From Fimbriimonadales bacterium (GTDB taxonomy: Bacteria > Armatimonadota > Fimbriimonadia > Fimbriimonadales > GBS-DC), in assembly GCA_025061985.1 (NCBI GenBank), contig JANXAW010000023.1, positions 13,168 through 77,167 of the forward strand: 64,000 nt of DNA. The letters run 5' to 3'. Position 1 is the first letter of the stretch. The number at the start of each line of letters is the position of its first letter. A program made the translations under genes and the position numbers. Positions 63,475 to 64,000 of this stretch are shown piece after piece. The notes beneath the pieces are model-generated. The model did no database searches, was not told where the DNA came from, and worked only from the letters and a program-made list of their open reading frames with translations.

Positions 63475-64000
63475 GTGGTGCGGCGCGGGTGGCTCGGACT
63501 TTTAGGGTTGTGGCTCACTGTTGGGCATACTCAGCCCACGGGGTTGCCTGATTACATGCGCGCGCCTGAGTTGGTAGTGCTCCTTTCTGCGCAACCGAAT
63601 GGCACCCAGTGGGTTTCATGGACCTTCAATCGGCGCGTTCCGCATGCTACAGTGCGCCACCGAGTAAAGCAACTGCAACGATGGAGCCAGCGCGCTGTTA
63701 GCCACCTTGAAATCCTCGACGACAGCCTCAAGCGCAACCCCAACCCCAACGAGCTGCTTACCGTTGCAAGCTTTCTCTCCAGTGGCCTGGTGAACCTGCA
63801 AGAAGGGACAGTCAACCTCACGCCAATTGTACGCGCCTGTGCAGACTTGAAAGTCATCCACGTATATGTGCTGCTTCCACGGCAGGTGGAATACGCTGGC
63901 TATTGGCACTATGCTTCGCCCCACCTTCAGATGTGGGCGGAAGCCCAGCCACACTTATGGCGGAGTGTGATTCACATCTACACCCCTGAGCCAACCTTGC
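63475..64000 (+). CDS. hypothetical protein, 5' part (runs off the right edge)
   Basis: Not in the ORF track because it has no stop. The frame is open from 63445 to the window end. GTG 63475 lies 9 nt after TATAAT and gives MVRRGWLGLLGLWLTVG (signal/anchor-like). ATG 63556 is the conservative alternative start. The third-codon positions are G+C-rich, unlike the overlapping minus-strand ORFs. Confidence 0.45.
   Translation, partial: MVRRGWLGLLGLWLTVGHTQPTGLPDYMRAPELVVLLSAQPNGTQWVSWTFNRRVPHATVRHRVKQLQRWSQRAVSHLEILDDSLKRNPNPNELLTVASFLSSGLVNLQEGTVNLTPIVRACADLKVIHVYVLLPRQVEYAGYWHYASPHLQMWAEAQPHLWRSVIHIYTPEPTL

Noticed and set aside
63552-63954. Minus-strand ORFs 63552..63857 and 63616..63954 at the right edge
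   Set aside because: Their Cys/Trp/His-rich translations have no start context. The plus-strand frame is open for the whole region to the window end, has G+C-rich third positions and is preceded by a TATAAT box.
1-64000. CRISPR arrays, IS elements, integrases, prophage or known defence-system genes
   Set aside because: I saw no direct-repeat/spacer periodicity, no transposase- or integrase-like ORFs and no terminal inverted repeats. The only foreign-looking DNA is the small methyltransferase remnant.

Overview
About 60% G+C (hand counts of sample lines) bacterial chromosomal window. It is very densely packed: about 61 protein genes, one tRNA-Leu(CAA), no rRNA, no CRISPR array and no intact mobile element.

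Content is a mosaic of housekeeping genes:
- the 5' end of a PafA-like Pup ligase gene at the left edge (missing from the ORF track)
- folE2 next to a ZnuC-like ATPase
- two tandem 2-hydroxyacid dehydrogenase paralogs
- an orphan double-NBD ABC ATPase, a YkgJ-like Cys-rich protein and a GH127 enzyme
- accD-accA-tyrA, an ArnT-like GT39, yebC, purE-purK
- a pilB-pilT-pilC-pilD block, mreB-mreC, ctaB plus cox subunit III plus SCO1
- ftsK, meaB, coaX, nusA-ylxR
- an ABC-2 exporter operon, SRAP, fmt, def, pntB
- a PhoR/OmpR-type two-component system sharing an operon with tatC

Most notable observations:
1. A membrane-anchored fusion of a redoxin domain, a CxxCH heme c motif and a PHM/DBH-like copper monooxygenase with all Cu ligand motifs intact.
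2. An intrinsic-terminator-like hairpin with a U-tract inside the nusA leader.
3. A recurrent TAnnnT box 6-12 nt upstream of about a dozen start codons and of the tRNA, implying leaderless or near-leaderless expression.
4. Two secreted proteins sharing a dockerin-like C-terminal tail.
5. A DUF4058 gene broken by three frameshifts. The ORF track fuses part of it to the downstream hydrolase.
6. A roughly 43-45% G+C islet holding a DNA methyltransferase remnant with an in-frame TGA.
7. Canonical operon partners are systematically missing: pntA, tatA, rimP/infB, mreD, coxI/II, ABC permeases, pilins.

I found no recognisable defence, toxin or secretion system that I could call novel with confidence. 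The candidates are ranked in the findings. All calls rest on by-eye motif recognition, and no database search was possible.
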